Below are positions 1 through 9,684 of a DNA stretch of 64,000 nt, one piece after another. The notes beneath the pieces were generated by a model. It ran no database searches, was not told the origin of the DNA, and saw only the letters and a program-made list of their open reading frames with translations. A program made the position numbers and the translations under genes. The DNA comes from a virus (taxonomy: Duplodnaviria > Caudoviricetes): IMG/VR virus record IMGVR_UViG_2654587994_000003, positions 32,001 through 96,000 of that record; one strand, written 5' to 3'. Numbering within the stretch: the stretch's first letter is position 1; each line of letters starts with the position of its first letter.

Positions 1-54
1 GATTACGGTGCGGGCGGCCTGACGATTGCAGCTGATCTATCGGATGGTGATACT

Positions 55-1554
55 TTGATGAAACAGGGGGACTGGCTCGTCAAAGGTCCTAATGCAGAGC
101 ATATCGCATCTGCAGAAGGTTATGCGGAAGAGGCAAAAAGCGCCAGCGAGACAGCGCTTAATGTGCTTGACCAGATACTTATTCGTGCGCCGAACGCATT
201 TCCGGCGACGCGCTTGGAGTTAAAGGCGCTGCCGACCTCTACTATAACCTCAGCGTATCTTAAGGAACCCGGCCGCGAAGGTCAGTTTATTTGGAAAACC
301 GGAGACTTTAGTGCGCGAATTGCGGCAGATCCGCAAGGCGCTGTTTATCTCAAGGCAGATGCGGTAGCCGGGACAGCAGGCGCGTGGGTCCGGGCTGTCT
401 TTACACCACTGGATCCCAGATGGTTCGGGGCCGTTGGAGACGGCGTCATAAACGACGCCGCCGCGATCCAGGCGATGCTAAATTTCGCCGGACAAAACAA
501 CCTTGCCGTTGAGCTCCCCGCCGGCAAATTTGCATGTGGAACGACGGGCCTGACAGCGTCGGGTGTCCCCAGGATTTGTGGTCGCGGCCGCCAGGCGACA
601 AAGTTCATTTGGGATGCCGGTTTCACGGGTTTTGGCCTCGACATAACGATAAGCCTCGACGGAGCCTATTCGCAGCAGGTCGAACTGGCGCAGTTCTCCC
701 TCGAGACGAAGGCCGCCGCTACAGGCGGCGCAATTCGCGTGGTGGGAACGTCTTCAGGCGCGGGGTCCGTGAACATGGATCGCTCCACAAATAGACTGAC
801 TGTGCGCGATATATTCATCACCGGGAAAACCACCCCTTTGGCAGACGGCTGGTCGACCGGACTTACTATTCGCAACGTTACCAACGCGCTAGTTGATGGG
901 CTCTCGTTCAGAGGTAAAGTGAACTCTGCGGGCGAGCCGAACTATGACAGCAATGACGCAATCGCGTACCAGGGCGACGGGATTACACCGCACCACGTTG
1001 CCCTTACGCTGGTCAATTCGTTTATCATTTATGCTAAACGCGGCGTGAACTGCTATGATTTTGAGGGCGTTCTCGTCGACAACTGCCAGATCATAGGCGT
1101 AGATAAAGGTGTTCTTTTCGCCGCAGCGACTGATTATCCCCACGCATCCGTAATGAACTCGCATATCAATGCAGCGACGACCTGCATCGAAATCACGAAC
1201 ATCAAAGAGTTCGTCATTGTAGGCAACTGCCTTTATTGTGAGCTAGGGGCCTTTACTGCTAGCCATGTAAGCGTATTTGGCATCAGCTCATTCGGCACGA
1301 TCGGCAACAATATCTTCGAAAACCTGAAGACGGCTTTCCACGTCAACTCCATCACGCTTCGAGATACAGTGCATCACTGCCTCATCACTTCTAACGTTTG
1401 GAAACGAACTAATCCGGTGAACGGATCAACCACCGCCGGGATTTGCATATGGATGATGGCATCTACTACGTGGAACAAAGCCCCGGCAAGCGTTAACCTC
1501 TTCGATGCGTCAGGAACCTATCTTCTGAACCAGGGGACCAACAACTCTGGTTAA
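55..1554 (+). CDS. Phage tailspike / right-handed beta-helix (pectate-lyase-like) depolymerase
   Basis: Motif 'PRWFGAVGDGVINDAAAIQA' typical of pectate_lyase_3 N-termini, followed by Asn/Gly-rich parallel beta-helix repeats; start uncertain. Confidence 0.75.
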   Translation: MMKQGDWLVKGPNAEHIASAEGYAEEAKSASETALNVLDQILIRAPNAFPATRLELKALPTSTITSAYLKEPGREGQFIWKTGDFSARIAADPQGAVYLKADAVAGTAGAWVRAVFTPLDPRWFGAVGDGVINDAAAIQAMLNFAGQNNLAVELPAGKFACGTTGLTASGVPRICGRGRQATKFIWDAGFTGFGLDITISLDGAYSQQVELAQFSLETKAAATGGAIRVVGTSSGAGSVNMDRSTNRLTVRDIFITGKTTPLADGWSTGLTIRNVTNALVDGLSFRGKVNSAGEPNYDSNDAIAYQGDGITPHHVALTLVNSFIIYAKRGVNCYDFEGVLVDNCQIIGVDKGVLFAAATDYPHASVMNSHINAATTCIEITNIKEFVIVGNCLYCELGAFTASHVSVFGISSFGTIGNNIFENLKTAFHVNSITLRDTVHHCLITSNVWKRTNPVNGSTTAGICIWMMASTTWNKAPASVNLFDASGTYLLNQGTNNSG

Positions 1555-1565
1555 CCCCGCTTAGA

Positions 1566-2036
1566 TTAAGCGGGGAGCAGCGCGGCGTTGAGGCGGGAAT
1601 TCAGGGCGGCGTCGTCAATGTATGACATTGCCTGCCGAATGTTCGCTCTCATCATCATAATCGTGTTGGTCTTCCGCGACGGCTTTGGACCTTTTCTCAG
1701 TTGATTTAGAGCGTCTTCCGCGATCTGAGAAAGTGTGACATCGAACTCTGAAAGGAACTCAACCGTCAACGCAAAGTCCGCAATTGCCCGCTGGGCCGGG
1801 GGATGCGTTACGAGGTCGAACGATAGGGCGGCCTTTGCAGTCTTATGTTCGACTGCCGGAATCGTAACATTTGCCACATCTTTCAGCCGTCGCTTCCATT
1901 CAGCGCTGGGGAGCAGCGCAATGGTCTCCAGTTCCTCCAATGCAAGGACAGCCTCGCGCAACGCTGCCCCAACGGCAGGATAGCCGTTTTCACAAAAGTC
2001 ACGCGCTCGATCGAATAAGTGTTCGTGCCTGCTCAT
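1566..2036 (-). CDS. Hypothetical protein, co-oriented with GT2 moron
   Basis: ORF begins 8 bp after the GT2 stop (MSRHEHL...); no recognisable motif. Confidence 0.5.
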   Translation of the reverse strand: MSRHEHLFDRARDFCENGYPAVGAALREAVLALEELETIALLPSAEWKRRLKDVANVTIPAVEHKTAKAALSFDLVTHPPAQRAIADFALTVEFLSEFDVTLSQIAEDALNQLRKGPKPSRKTNTIMMMRANIRQAMSYIDDAALNSRLNAALLPA

Positions 2037-2043
2037 CGATACT

Positions 2044-3075
2044 TTACCTGGTCTCGCTGATTTTAGAGATGATGGTCCCAAAAAGCATATTGTAGATTTT
2101 GATTCTCATCGAGCGCCATCGCATCCTGCGATAGACTTTCCTGTTTAGCTTTGTCGATCGTTTGATGACATTAATGTATTCGTCCATGATCGCGATTAGT
2201 TCATCGCGATGAGCGCGCATCTTCTTGTCTTGCTTGCTGCTCGGACAGCGAACCGCCCTGCGTGCCTCTCCAATCACCAGTTTTGTAAAGCGCGGATGGA
2301 TCAGGTCGCGAACGAAAAAGCGGTTTTTATCCTTGTCATCAGGGAATAGCGCGCACAGCTTCTTTATATACCTCAGCCGGCTGCGGCTCATCCTGATGCT
2401 GTAAGAGGTGCTATCTGTATTAATACACCAAACCGTCACTGACTTATCGATAAACCTGTTCGTATAGCCACGACGAAACATTCTCAGGAATAGGTCATCA
2501 TCTTCGTAGCCGGTAAACTGCGGGTCGAAACCGCCGACATCTTCATAAGCTTCTCGGGCGATCAACGAAGCAGACGGAAGCACAAACATGTCGTTGCCGA
2601 TAAGATCGGTGATGTGTCGTTTCGGATGGGTGCTGTGGTGCGTCACCATTTCCGTTCGGCTGATGTTTCCGTCACCATCTGCCTCCATAAGATCAGCGTA
2701 GACCCAGCCAAAATGGAGATCATAAGGATCGATGCCCTTAACCAGCGTTTCTATATGGTGCTTTAGGAAAAAATCGTCCTGGTCGAGAAAACAGATGTAC
2801 TTCGACTTTGTGTTCTCTACGCCAAAGTTGCGAGCCGAACCCTGCCCGCCATTGTCTTTGCGAAGAACTGTGAAGCCAATCTCCTTCGAAACCTCGATCA
2901 GCTTTTGATGCTCTTCCTCTGTAGATCCGTCATCAACAACGACGAATTCATTGGCCTTCATCGTCTGTTCGATCACGCTTTTTGCTGATCTTCGGATGAA
3001 GTTCGACCCGTTGTAATAGGGGATAATGACCGCGACTGTTATCTCGCTGGCCTTTTTCTCACTCGGGAAACTCAT
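2044..3075 (-). CDS. Glycosyltransferase family 2 (prophage moron)
   Basis: VIIPYYN, VVDDGS, G.G.ARN.G, FLDQDD (DxD), GGFD..F...EDDDL motifs; antisense to phage late genes. Confidence 0.9.
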   Translation of the reverse strand: MSFPSEKKASEITVAVIIPYYNGSNFIRRSAKSVIEQTMKANEFVVVDDGSTEEEHQKLIEVSKEIGFTVLRKDNGGQGSARNFGVENTKSKYICFLDQDDFFLKHHIETLVKGIDPYDLHFGWVYADLMEADGDGNISRTEMVTHHSTHPKRHITDLIGNDMFVLPSASLIAREAYEDVGGFDPQFTGYEDDDLFLRMFRRGYTNRFIDKSVTVWCINTDSTSYSIRMSRSRLRYIKKLCALFPDDKDKNRFFVRDLIHPRFTKLVIGEARRAVRCPSSKQDKKMRAHRDELIAIMDEYINVIKRSTKLNRKVYRRMRWRSMRIKIYNMLFGTIISKISETR

Positions 3076-3397
3076 TCAAACTCCGATCAGAATTGACGTC
3101 TTCAGCTGATATACTCGCCTGTCCCCCTTGTAAATTATAGGAAGTCAGAGGTTATGCCTGTCAATACGGGCAACTTCTGATATTCGAGTTTTATCGGTTA
3201 ATGCAACTGCAAATGACATGGGCTTTGTGGAAATCCACGGTCCAAGCGATTCCCGGATAGGCCCTTCAACGCGCCGGACCCTTCTATGGTGGGAGCTTCG
3301 CCAGGCTCATATTCCTCAAAACGCACTACGCCCAGTGCGTTTGACCCTACCCTGCGGCGCGTAACATGGCTCCAGTTGAAAAACCGGAGCCGTTTTC

Positions 3398-4294
3398 ATG
3401 TCCGCCAAACTACCTGAGACTGTCCCACTCCCCGCACAAAACCTACTGGATTTCATCGGCGAAATCGAAGCCCCCAAGGGGTTCGATACGATCTTTGGAA
3501 ACCGCCAGGGAAAACTGCGCGTTCCTCTCACCCAGATGACCTACGGCGACATCATCGATGCGCAAGCCAACTGGGGGAACAAGACGTGGGTGAAAAAAAA
3601 CTGGGGCTATGACACGGCGTCCAGCGCGGCCGGCCGTTATCAGTTCATGCGCGCCACTCTGCAGGACATCGCGAAGGAGGTTCCATCCATCGATGGCAGG
3701 ACAATCTTCTCCAGCGGCTTACAGAACAAGCTCGGTTATTACCTGCTGCTGCGCCGGGGCTATGCCGACTTCATTTCGGGCAAGCTCAACCTCGTCCAGT
3801 TCGGCCTGAAACTCGCCCAGGAGTGGGCAAGTTTTCCCGTGCTTTCCGACACAAAAGGCAAGCACCGGCAGGTGGTCCGCGGCCAGAGCTATTACGCCGG
3901 CGACGGGCTTAACAAGGCTCTGGTCAGGCCGGAGCGCGTGGAGGCACGGCTGCGCCATGTGCTCGATCTCGCCAGGCTCGTGACAGTCGGCGATACGCCG
4001 GCGACGATTTCCCCCGCGCCTGCCCGGCCGGAACCTGACGCCGCCGTGAACACTGCACCCGTGCCGGCGGAAAAGGTGGATCCGGAAAAACTCGACAAGC
4101 CGCTCCTGAAATCGAAAACCGTCTGGCAATGGATCATCACAACAATTGTTGTGCCTCTGGTTGCACTTATCACTAACCCTTGGGTGCAGGCATTCCTGAT
4201 CGCCATAGTCGCCGGATTTGCGATCTACGCCATCAAGCGCCGCTCCGACATTGCAAAGGTGTATCGCGATTTGAAGGCCGAGTTCGATGCTTGA
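3398..4294 (+). CDS. Endolysin (lambda-R-like muramidase) with C-terminal hydrophobic helices
   Basis: IGEIE, SSAAGRYQFM and LAQEWASFP motifs; lysis-cassette position. Confidence 0.85.
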   Translation: MSAKLPETVPLPAQNLLDFIGEIEAPKGFDTIFGNRQGKLRVPLTQMTYGDIIDAQANWGNKTWVKKNWGYDTASSAAGRYQFMRATLQDIAKEVPSIDGRTIFSSGLQNKLGYYLLLRRGYADFISGKLNLVQFGLKLAQEWASFPVLSDTKGKHRQVVRGQSYYAGDGLNKALVRPERVEARLRHVLDLARLVTVGDTPATISPAPARPEPDAAVNTAPVPAEKVDPEKLDKPLLKSKTVWQWIITTIVVPLVALITNPWVQAFLIAIVAGFAIYAIKRRSDIAKVYRDLKAEFDA

Positions 4295-4577
4295 CCAGGT
4301 CAAGACCGCACTGGCGGTGATCGGCGGGGCGGCAGCCGGTATCACCGCCACATATGCCGTCGCCGCGCTCGTGATGGTGCCGGCGGCGAAGCGGGAAGGC
4401 AAATCGGCGGCTATCGCCGAAATGGCCGTGGCGGCCGCCAAGGTCGAGATGCAAAGAAAGGGTGATGATGCGAGCCTGCAAACCAAAACAGATTATGAGC
4501 TTTGCGTTCTTGGCCTTCGCAGCAACGGCCTGCCAGTCGATGCCTGCGAGCAGCTGCGCGGGGTGGACGAAAAATAA
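4287..4577 (+). CDS. Inner-membrane spanin (Rz-like)
   Basis: N-terminal TM helix plus helical periplasmic part with Cys; follows the endolysin and is overlapped by a lipoprotein ORF. Confidence 0.6.
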   Translation: MLDQVKTALAVIGGAAAGITATYAVAALVMVPAAKREGKSAAIAEMAVAAAKVEMQRKGDDASLQTKTDYELCVLGLRSNGLPVDACEQLRGVDEK

Positions 4578-4683
4578 CCTTTCCCCTTCCGGCCTGGTGG
4601 CGTTGATCGCTGCCGATCGGCCGGGCGCGGAAAGGGTAATAGGAAACGACCGTAACGGACAGCGGCAGGGATGTTGGAGCTGA
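4495..4683 (+). CDS. Outer-membrane spanin (Rz1-like lipoprotein)
   Basis: Overlaps the Rz-like 3' end; lipobox-like FAATAC; start may be 4462. Confidence 0.55.
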   Translation: MSFAFLAFAATACQSMPASSCAGWTKNNLSPSGLVALIAADRPGAERVIGNDRNGQRQGCWS

Positions 4684-4684
4684 A

Positions 4685-5014
4685 ATGAACTTTACGGATC
4701 TCCTTGATGCGATCGGGATCAAACTGGGCGTTTTGATTGCCGGTTTCGCCGGCGGCCTTCTTCGTGCGTTGTCCCGGCAAAGTTTCACCGTGCGGGAAGT
4801 CTTTGTCTCCCCGATCTGCGGCGCGCTGGCCGCCGCCTACCTCACCACACCGGTACTGCACTACTTCTACAAAATCGGATGGCCCCTTCCGGAAGATCCT
4901 GTTGCCACGATGCACGCCGCGGCGTTTTTGACGGGCGCCAGCGCAATGTGGATCTCCGATCTTCTGATCCAGGCGCTCAGTCGATGGATCAACAACAGGA
5001 GATCCGTCGGCTGA
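4685..5014 (+). CDS. Holin-like membrane protein
   Basis: 109 aa with about 3 hydrophobic segments (AGFAGG...), last gene of the lysis cassette. Confidence 0.6.
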   Translation: MNFTDLLDAIGIKLGVLIAGFAGGLLRALSRQSFTVREVFVSPICGALAAAYLTTPVLHYFYKIGWPLPEDPVATMHAAAFLTGASAMWISDLLIQALSRWINNRRSVG

Positions 5015-5142
5015 GAGAGATATCCACCCTTCACGGTGGATATTTTTTCGCCTTGTTGAGGTTCGGCGACATTCCGCGTATATGAGAAAAAGTCCCACAA
5101 AGGCCCATCGCTACGGCCTTGAAAACGCTTCTGCCAATAGTA

Positions 5143-5188
5143 ACTTTTAATCAGTAGGTCCAGGGTTCGAATCCCTGCGCTCTCACCA
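5143..5188 (+). repeat. att site: 3' half of tRNA-Lys(TTT) (prophage A attachment duplication)
   Basis: ACTTTTAATCAGTAGGTCCAGGGTTCGAATCCCTGCGCTCTCACCA gives anticodon loop, T-arm and CCA; the 5' half (acceptor and D-arm) is absent. Confidence 0.85.
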
Positions 5189-5556
5189 CCTCATAATATT
5201 TTTCGTATGTATTTCCATGGGCTTACCCAACCGGCAGGCAATCATCCCGCCGGGTGTTCAAAGCGTTTCCAACATCAACACAGAAAACAAAAGCGTCGCC
5301 ACCACGGACGCCTAGCGGTACGCGTAGATGTAACGTGCTATATTGTCATAAAAGCTGGAAAGATAAGCGGGCAGCCGCCTCAGTCGGGTAAATGTAGACG
5401 GGCAAATTGGACACAGGCTGCATTTCGCAAGGCACCATAAGCGGGAAACAATGAACCGCCGCGTCCTACAACAATGGGAACGTTGCGTCCACGGTCACGC
5501 TCCACTGTCCATCGTCAGGAGTGCCGTGGCTGTAAGCCGGCAAGGAATGGTCGCAA

Positions 5557-6819
5557 TCACTTCCGCGCGGCGGTACGGCGGCAGCGCCAGTTCCAGTCTC
5601 TCGGTTCACCGGTGTCCATATGAACCGATTCGGTATGGCAATAGGTGCCGACACCCCCGCGGTTGGGCAGGGAACGCAGATAGGTTGCAAGCTCCCACTT
5701 GGAGACACCCTTGATCTGTATGTCGGCCGCATCGCAGGTATAGTGTTTTGAACCCTGCCTTATTCCCTTTGGCGGACGGTAGCCGGAGGTGACAATGGCC
5801 GGGCTGTTATAATGTCGCTCCACATCCTTGATCATGCTGATGAGTTCCGGCTTGAAACAACCGACTTCAACGCGATCTGTCTGCAGGAAAAGCCCGTTCG
5901 GCGCGACGCGGGTCAGGCCGGAGAGCGAGGCAAGCTTCATCAGCCCGGTGGGTTCATCGTCCTCTTCATCGAGATGAGCGTCGTCGAATTCGTCGGACAT
6001 CATCGAGCGACCGGAGAGCGCAATGCCCATCGTCTTGTCCGCCGCTCCCGGAAGTGCGGCCACCTGCGTGCCACCTGCCGAACCGCTTTCGATCATTTTC
6101 GGCAGGCGCTTCTTGGCTGCACCGGCGAAAAATGCTGCAAGCGTGACGCCCTTGCCTTCGCCTTCCTGCTTCTCGTCGCCCATGGCGGCACTGGTCGCGG
6201 GCTGCACCGAACCAAGCTGTTCCGATGCGGTTTGTGGCACCGGCACGGCAGCGGGCTGGCGGTTCTCGCTGTGCTGCTCCGGTACCTGCGCGGCTGACGG
6301 CACAGCAACAGGCGCGGATACCGGCTGCGGTTGCGCCACCTGCACAGGGGCGGAGTAAACGCTGCTGAGCGCAGGTGTGATTTTCTGGGAAGGCACGCCC
6401 GCCGCGGCCGCGCCGGGCGCCGTGGCGGCCGGGGAAGGCACTGCGGATGCGGTAGAATAGATGCTTGATGTTCCAGCGGAAATTCCCGTTGGCTGCGTCG
6501 TCAGTCCGGCGATATCGGCGGCAGCGCCGTAACCCTGTGCCGGGCCGCCCGCTGCCTGATGCTGCGCCGGAGCCGTGGTCGCGCCAGCCGCTGACGCCAC
6601 GGCGGGATCCACATAATGCCCCTGCTGCGCACCGGCCGCGGGTGCAGCAGTTGCGGCCATCTGCTGCTTCTGCTGTCCGGCAACTTCCGGCTTTTTGGCA
6701 GTGGCGGCCATCTCCTCGTCAGTCACCGCCGAAACGCATCCGGAAAGCCCCAGCAACGAAACCGCGATGACGAGACGCCGACAAGAAACGCGTCCCTTTG
6801 CGCCCTCGACAGTTTTCAT
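5557..6819 (-). CDS. Lipoprotein with C-terminal peptidase M15 / YcbK-like domain
   Basis: Lipobox LSGC; Ala/Pro/Gln-rich linker; TSGYR..., S.H..C.AADI, GGVGTY...VHMDTG motifs. Confidence 0.85.
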   Translation of the reverse strand: MKTVEGAKGRVSCRRLVIAVSLLGLSGCVSAVTDEEMAATAKKPEVAGQQKQQMAATAAPAAGAQQGHYVDPAVASAAGATTAPAQHQAAGGPAQGYGAAADIAGLTTQPTGISAGTSSIYSTASAVPSPAATAPGAAAAGVPSQKITPALSSVYSAPVQVAQPQPVSAPVAVPSAAQVPEQHSENRQPAAVPVPQTASEQLGSVQPATSAAMGDEKQEGEGKGVTLAAFFAGAAKKRLPKMIESGSAGGTQVAALPGAADKTMGIALSGRSMMSDEFDDAHLDEEDDEPTGLMKLASLSGLTRVAPNGLFLQTDRVEVGCFKPELISMIKDVERHYNSPAIVTSGYRPPKGIRQGSKHYTCDAADIQIKGVSKWELATYLRSLPNRGGVGTYCHTESVHMDTGEPRDWNWRCRRTAARK

Positions 6820-6976
6820 GGGTGGCCTCCGTATCTTTTATTTCCAACAGCAGCACGGGAACGGAATCGTGTGCTTCCCCCAAAACGGGACTGGCCGTTT
6901 CGATTCGCGGACTATGCCTCATCCCCTCAGGACAAGGCAAGAGCGCCCGAAAACGCTGCTGCTCACCGGAAAATCC

Positions 6977-7417
6977 CTACCAGGAACCGGTATTCTGCAT
7001 AGATATCCACGGTTCGGCTGGTGCGAGGCTTTCGCCTTTCTGCAAAATTTCGAAAGAAATACCATCCGGTGAACGTACGAAGGCCATATGCCCGTCTCGC
7101 GGTGGCCGGTTGATGATGATGCCGTTCTGCTGCAGATGCGCGCAGAAGTCGTAGATATTATCGACCTCATAAGCGAGGTGACCGAAATTGCGGCCGCCGG
7201 TATAATCTTCGCTATCCCAGTTATAGGTGAGTTCGAGGCACGGCGCCTTGTTTTCCTTCGCCGCAGCAACGTCGTCGCGAGCTGCAAGAAACACGAGAGT
7301 GAAGCGGCCTTTTTCGTTCTCGATTCGGCGTATTTCGGTAAGGCCGAGCAGGTCGACATAGAATTTAAGTGATTCGCCAAGGTCTTTGACGCGAACCATC
7401 GTGTGCAGATACCGCAT
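6977..7417 (-). CDS. gloA: Lactoylglutathione lyase (glyoxalase I, VOC family)
   Basis: [32 protein letters not shown] motifs. Confidence 0.9.
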   Translation of the reverse strand: MRYLHTMVRVKDLGESLKFYVDLLGLTEIRRIENEKGRFTLVFLAARDDVAAAKENKAPCLELTYNWDSEDYTGGRNFGHLAYEVDNIYDFCAHLQQNGIIINRPPRDGHMAFVRSPDGISFEILQKGESLAPAEPWISMQNTGSW

Positions 7418-7609
7418 TTTATTCCTCTCCATTACACGGGTCCGAAGCCGTTAAACGCATGATCGCAAGCCCCGGACAAGGACGGCGACATAAAAGCAGC
7501 TGCGTAAATCAAAAACTAGGGCTTGCGTGAAACCGTTACCAAGATGTTAATCTGGCGCACAGGAATCAGTTGACCGGTGTATGGCGCGTAATCGAGGGGT
7601 TGGCAGGAT

Positions 7610-8188
7610 ATGGCTGATAGGATGTCATCGAAAACGATAGTCGATGTCGAGGACCTTTCGGGCGATGCCGTGGACCTGACCGAGATCACCGGCGTCGTGA
7701 AGTGGTTCGATGTCGCCAAGGGTTTCGGCTTCATCGTGCCCGACAACGGCACACAGGATGTGCTGCTGCATGTTTCCTGCCTGCGTCGCGACGGTTACCA
7801 GACGATCCTTGAAGGCACGCGCATTGTCGCCCTTATCCAGCGGCGCGACCGTGGCTTTCAGGCATTTCGCATTCTCTCCATGGATCAGTCCACCGCCGTC
7901 CACCCCTCGCAGCTGCCGCCGGTGCGCACCCATGTGCAGGTGACGCCGTCCAGCGGACTGGAGCGCGCCATCGTCAAGTGGTTCAACCGCACCAAGGGTT
8001 TCGGTTTCCTGACGCGTGGCGAAGGAACGGAAGACATTTTCGTGCATATGGAGACACTGCGCCGTTTCGGCCTGACCGAACTTCGCCCCGGGCAGGTTGT
8101 GCTGGTGCGTTATGGCGATGGCGACAAAGGCCTGATGGCCGCGGAAATCCACCCGGACAACCCGGTTTCGATCGGGATGTCGCATTGA
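7610..8188 (+). CDS. Tandem cold-shock domain protein
   Basis: Two VKWF..KGFGF (RNP1) and D(V/I)..H (RNP2) domains. Confidence 0.92.
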   Translation: MADRMSSKTIVDVEDLSGDAVDLTEITGVVKWFDVAKGFGFIVPDNGTQDVLLHVSCLRRDGYQTILEGTRIVALIQRRDRGFQAFRILSMDQSTAVHPSQLPPVRTHVQVTPSSGLERAIVKWFNRTKGFGFLTRGEGTEDIFVHMETLRRFGLTELRPGQVVLVRYGDGDKGLMAAEIHPDNPVSIGMSH

Positions 8189-8670
8189 TGCCCGCCCTGC
8201 CCGATATGGTGAAGAGCGCCGTTATGGCGCTTCTTTTTTTCACGCTGGCCAGCGCCGCCCAGGCCCAGCAACAGCAGACATTCACCTCCGAACCGCTGCA
8301 GATTGAAACGGCCGGGGGAAAAAGCAATGATTTCACTGTGGAACTGGCGCTGAACAATGCCCAGCGCGAACAGGGCCTGATGTTTCGCAAGAGCATGCCA
8401 CCAGAAAACGGCATGTTGTTCAATTTCGGTGAACCGCGTGATGTCGCCATGTGGATGCGGAACACGCTTATTCCGCTCGACATGCTTTTCATTGGCCGTG
8501 ACGGTCGCATCACCCACATTCACGAAAACGCGGTTCCACATTCGGAAGCCATCATCAGCTCCCGCGGGCCAGTGAAATTCGTGCTTGAACTGAATGGCGG
8601 CGCTGCGAAACGTTACGGCATCAAGCCTGGCGATATTGTGCGCAGCGCGCAAATTGGCAACCGGAAGTGA
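8188..8670 (+). CDS. DUF192 family exported protein
   Basis: VELA...QGLMFR, GMLF, MWMRNTLIPLDMLF, VLELNGG motifs; TGATG coupling to the upstream gene. Confidence 0.9.
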   Translation: MPALPDMVKSAVMALLFFTLASAAQAQQQQTFTSEPLQIETAGGKSNDFTVELALNNAQREQGLMFRKSMPPENGMLFNFGEPRDVAMWMRNTLIPLDMLFIGRDGRITHIHENAVPHSEAIISSRGPVKFVLELNGGAAKRYGIKPGDIVRSAQIGNRK

Positions 8671-8730
8671 CGTTGCCGCGTTATTGCGTCTGAATGAGCC
8701 GGACGATGTTTCGCCCGGCTGGCGCAATGT

Positions 8731-8979
8731 TCAGTAGACCGGCTCTATATGGCTCAGAATCCTGCAGTTGGAAATGGAAGCGGCAAGGTTGATGGCGATG
8801 TCGATCGCCTCGACTGAATCAGCCGTGCCTTCCAGATAGATCACGTCATTTTCGACAGTGGCGGAAATGCGCGACTTTTCGAGACCTGATTCGAAGGCCA
8901 GTGCCGAGGTAATGGCCTGGCATACGCCCGCCATGCGGTCACCAAAGAAGCTTTCCTGAATACCTGACAGATTGAACAT
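8731..8979 (-). CDS. BON-domain-like protein
   Basis: I..ALA......SRISATVENDVIYLEG pattern; SD GGAGAA before ATG at 8979. Confidence 0.6.
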   Translation of the reverse strand: MFNLSGIQESFFGDRMAGVCQAITSALAFESGLEKSRISATVENDVIYLEGTADSVEAIDIAINLAASISNCRILSHIEPVY

Positions 8980-9112
8980 ATGTGTTCTCCTTCTTATGGA
9001 CATTACAACGCCTTTGGTGGCGGTTTTGTTCATCTCCGGTTCATCTATTTGTTCATCTTCCATTCATCTTGAAAAATTGGAACCCCCCAATCGATCACAT
9101 TTTAGGTGATCG

Positions 9113-9137
9113 GGAACCATTTCGTGAGGCGGGCATT
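9113..9137 (+). promoter_or_regulatory. EcfG/RpoE2-type promoter of DUF982 gene
   Basis: GGAAC-N16-CATT upstream of 9204. Confidence 0.55.
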
Positions 9138-9203
9138 TCGCGCATGGGAGTGAAAAGAGAGTGAAAACCGCCATGAAGGCGCGTGAAACAGGAGGAGAAT
9201 GAC

Positions 9204-9473
9204 ATGCTGATCAACAGAACGGAGCCGTGTCACCACGCCTCGTGGATGAAGCCGGTGGCGATCCACCTGCCCTTGTCCGCAGCAGTGGAAATCTACAGCC
9301 CGCTGGTAGCGCTGGACATGCTGATGTACCGCTGGCCGGAAGAACACGGCCCGGAATATGAAGAAGCACGCAGAAACTGCCTCGATGCCATCGCCGGACG
9401 ATGCGACATCGAAAAAGCGCGGGAGTCGTTTCTCATCGCAAGCAGCCACGCTCATATTCTCAACATGCACTGA
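9204..9473 (+). CDS. DUF982 family protein
   Basis: W.KPV..., AL..L..RWP...G..Y..A...CLDA..G......AR..F..A motif; SD GGAGGAG. Confidence 0.85.
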   Translation: MLINRTEPCHHASWMKPVAIHLPLSAAVEIYSPLVALDMLMYRWPEEHGPEYEEARRNCLDAIAGRCDIEKARESFLIASSHAHILNMH

Positions 9474-9684
9474 CGTTCATTATCCGCGTTGATGACTGGC
9501 CCTTCTCCGCGAAGGGCTTTTCTTTTGGCGTTCACTGTTTCAGGCACAGGGTCGCGCGCGGAAAACTCCCGCCTGCCGCCGGTGACATGTAACTGTCACG
9601 CAAACGTTATAATCGGCAGAGACAAATTCCGTGGAATCACCGGGCGGACAAACCGCCGGAAGCTCGGGAGTGGACCTGGCCAGC

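Larger units (their letters stand above)
1..5188. mobile_element. Prophage A, right end (tailspike, moron, lysis genes, att at tRNA-Lys fragment)
   Basis: Tailspike-like, lysozyme, spanin-like and holin-like ORFs are followed by a 3'-half tRNA-Lys duplication, after which housekeeping genes begin. Confidence 0.85.

Noticed and set aside
5110-5188. Complete tRNA-Lys gene
   Set aside because: The D-arm and 5' acceptor strand are missing; only the att duplication is present.
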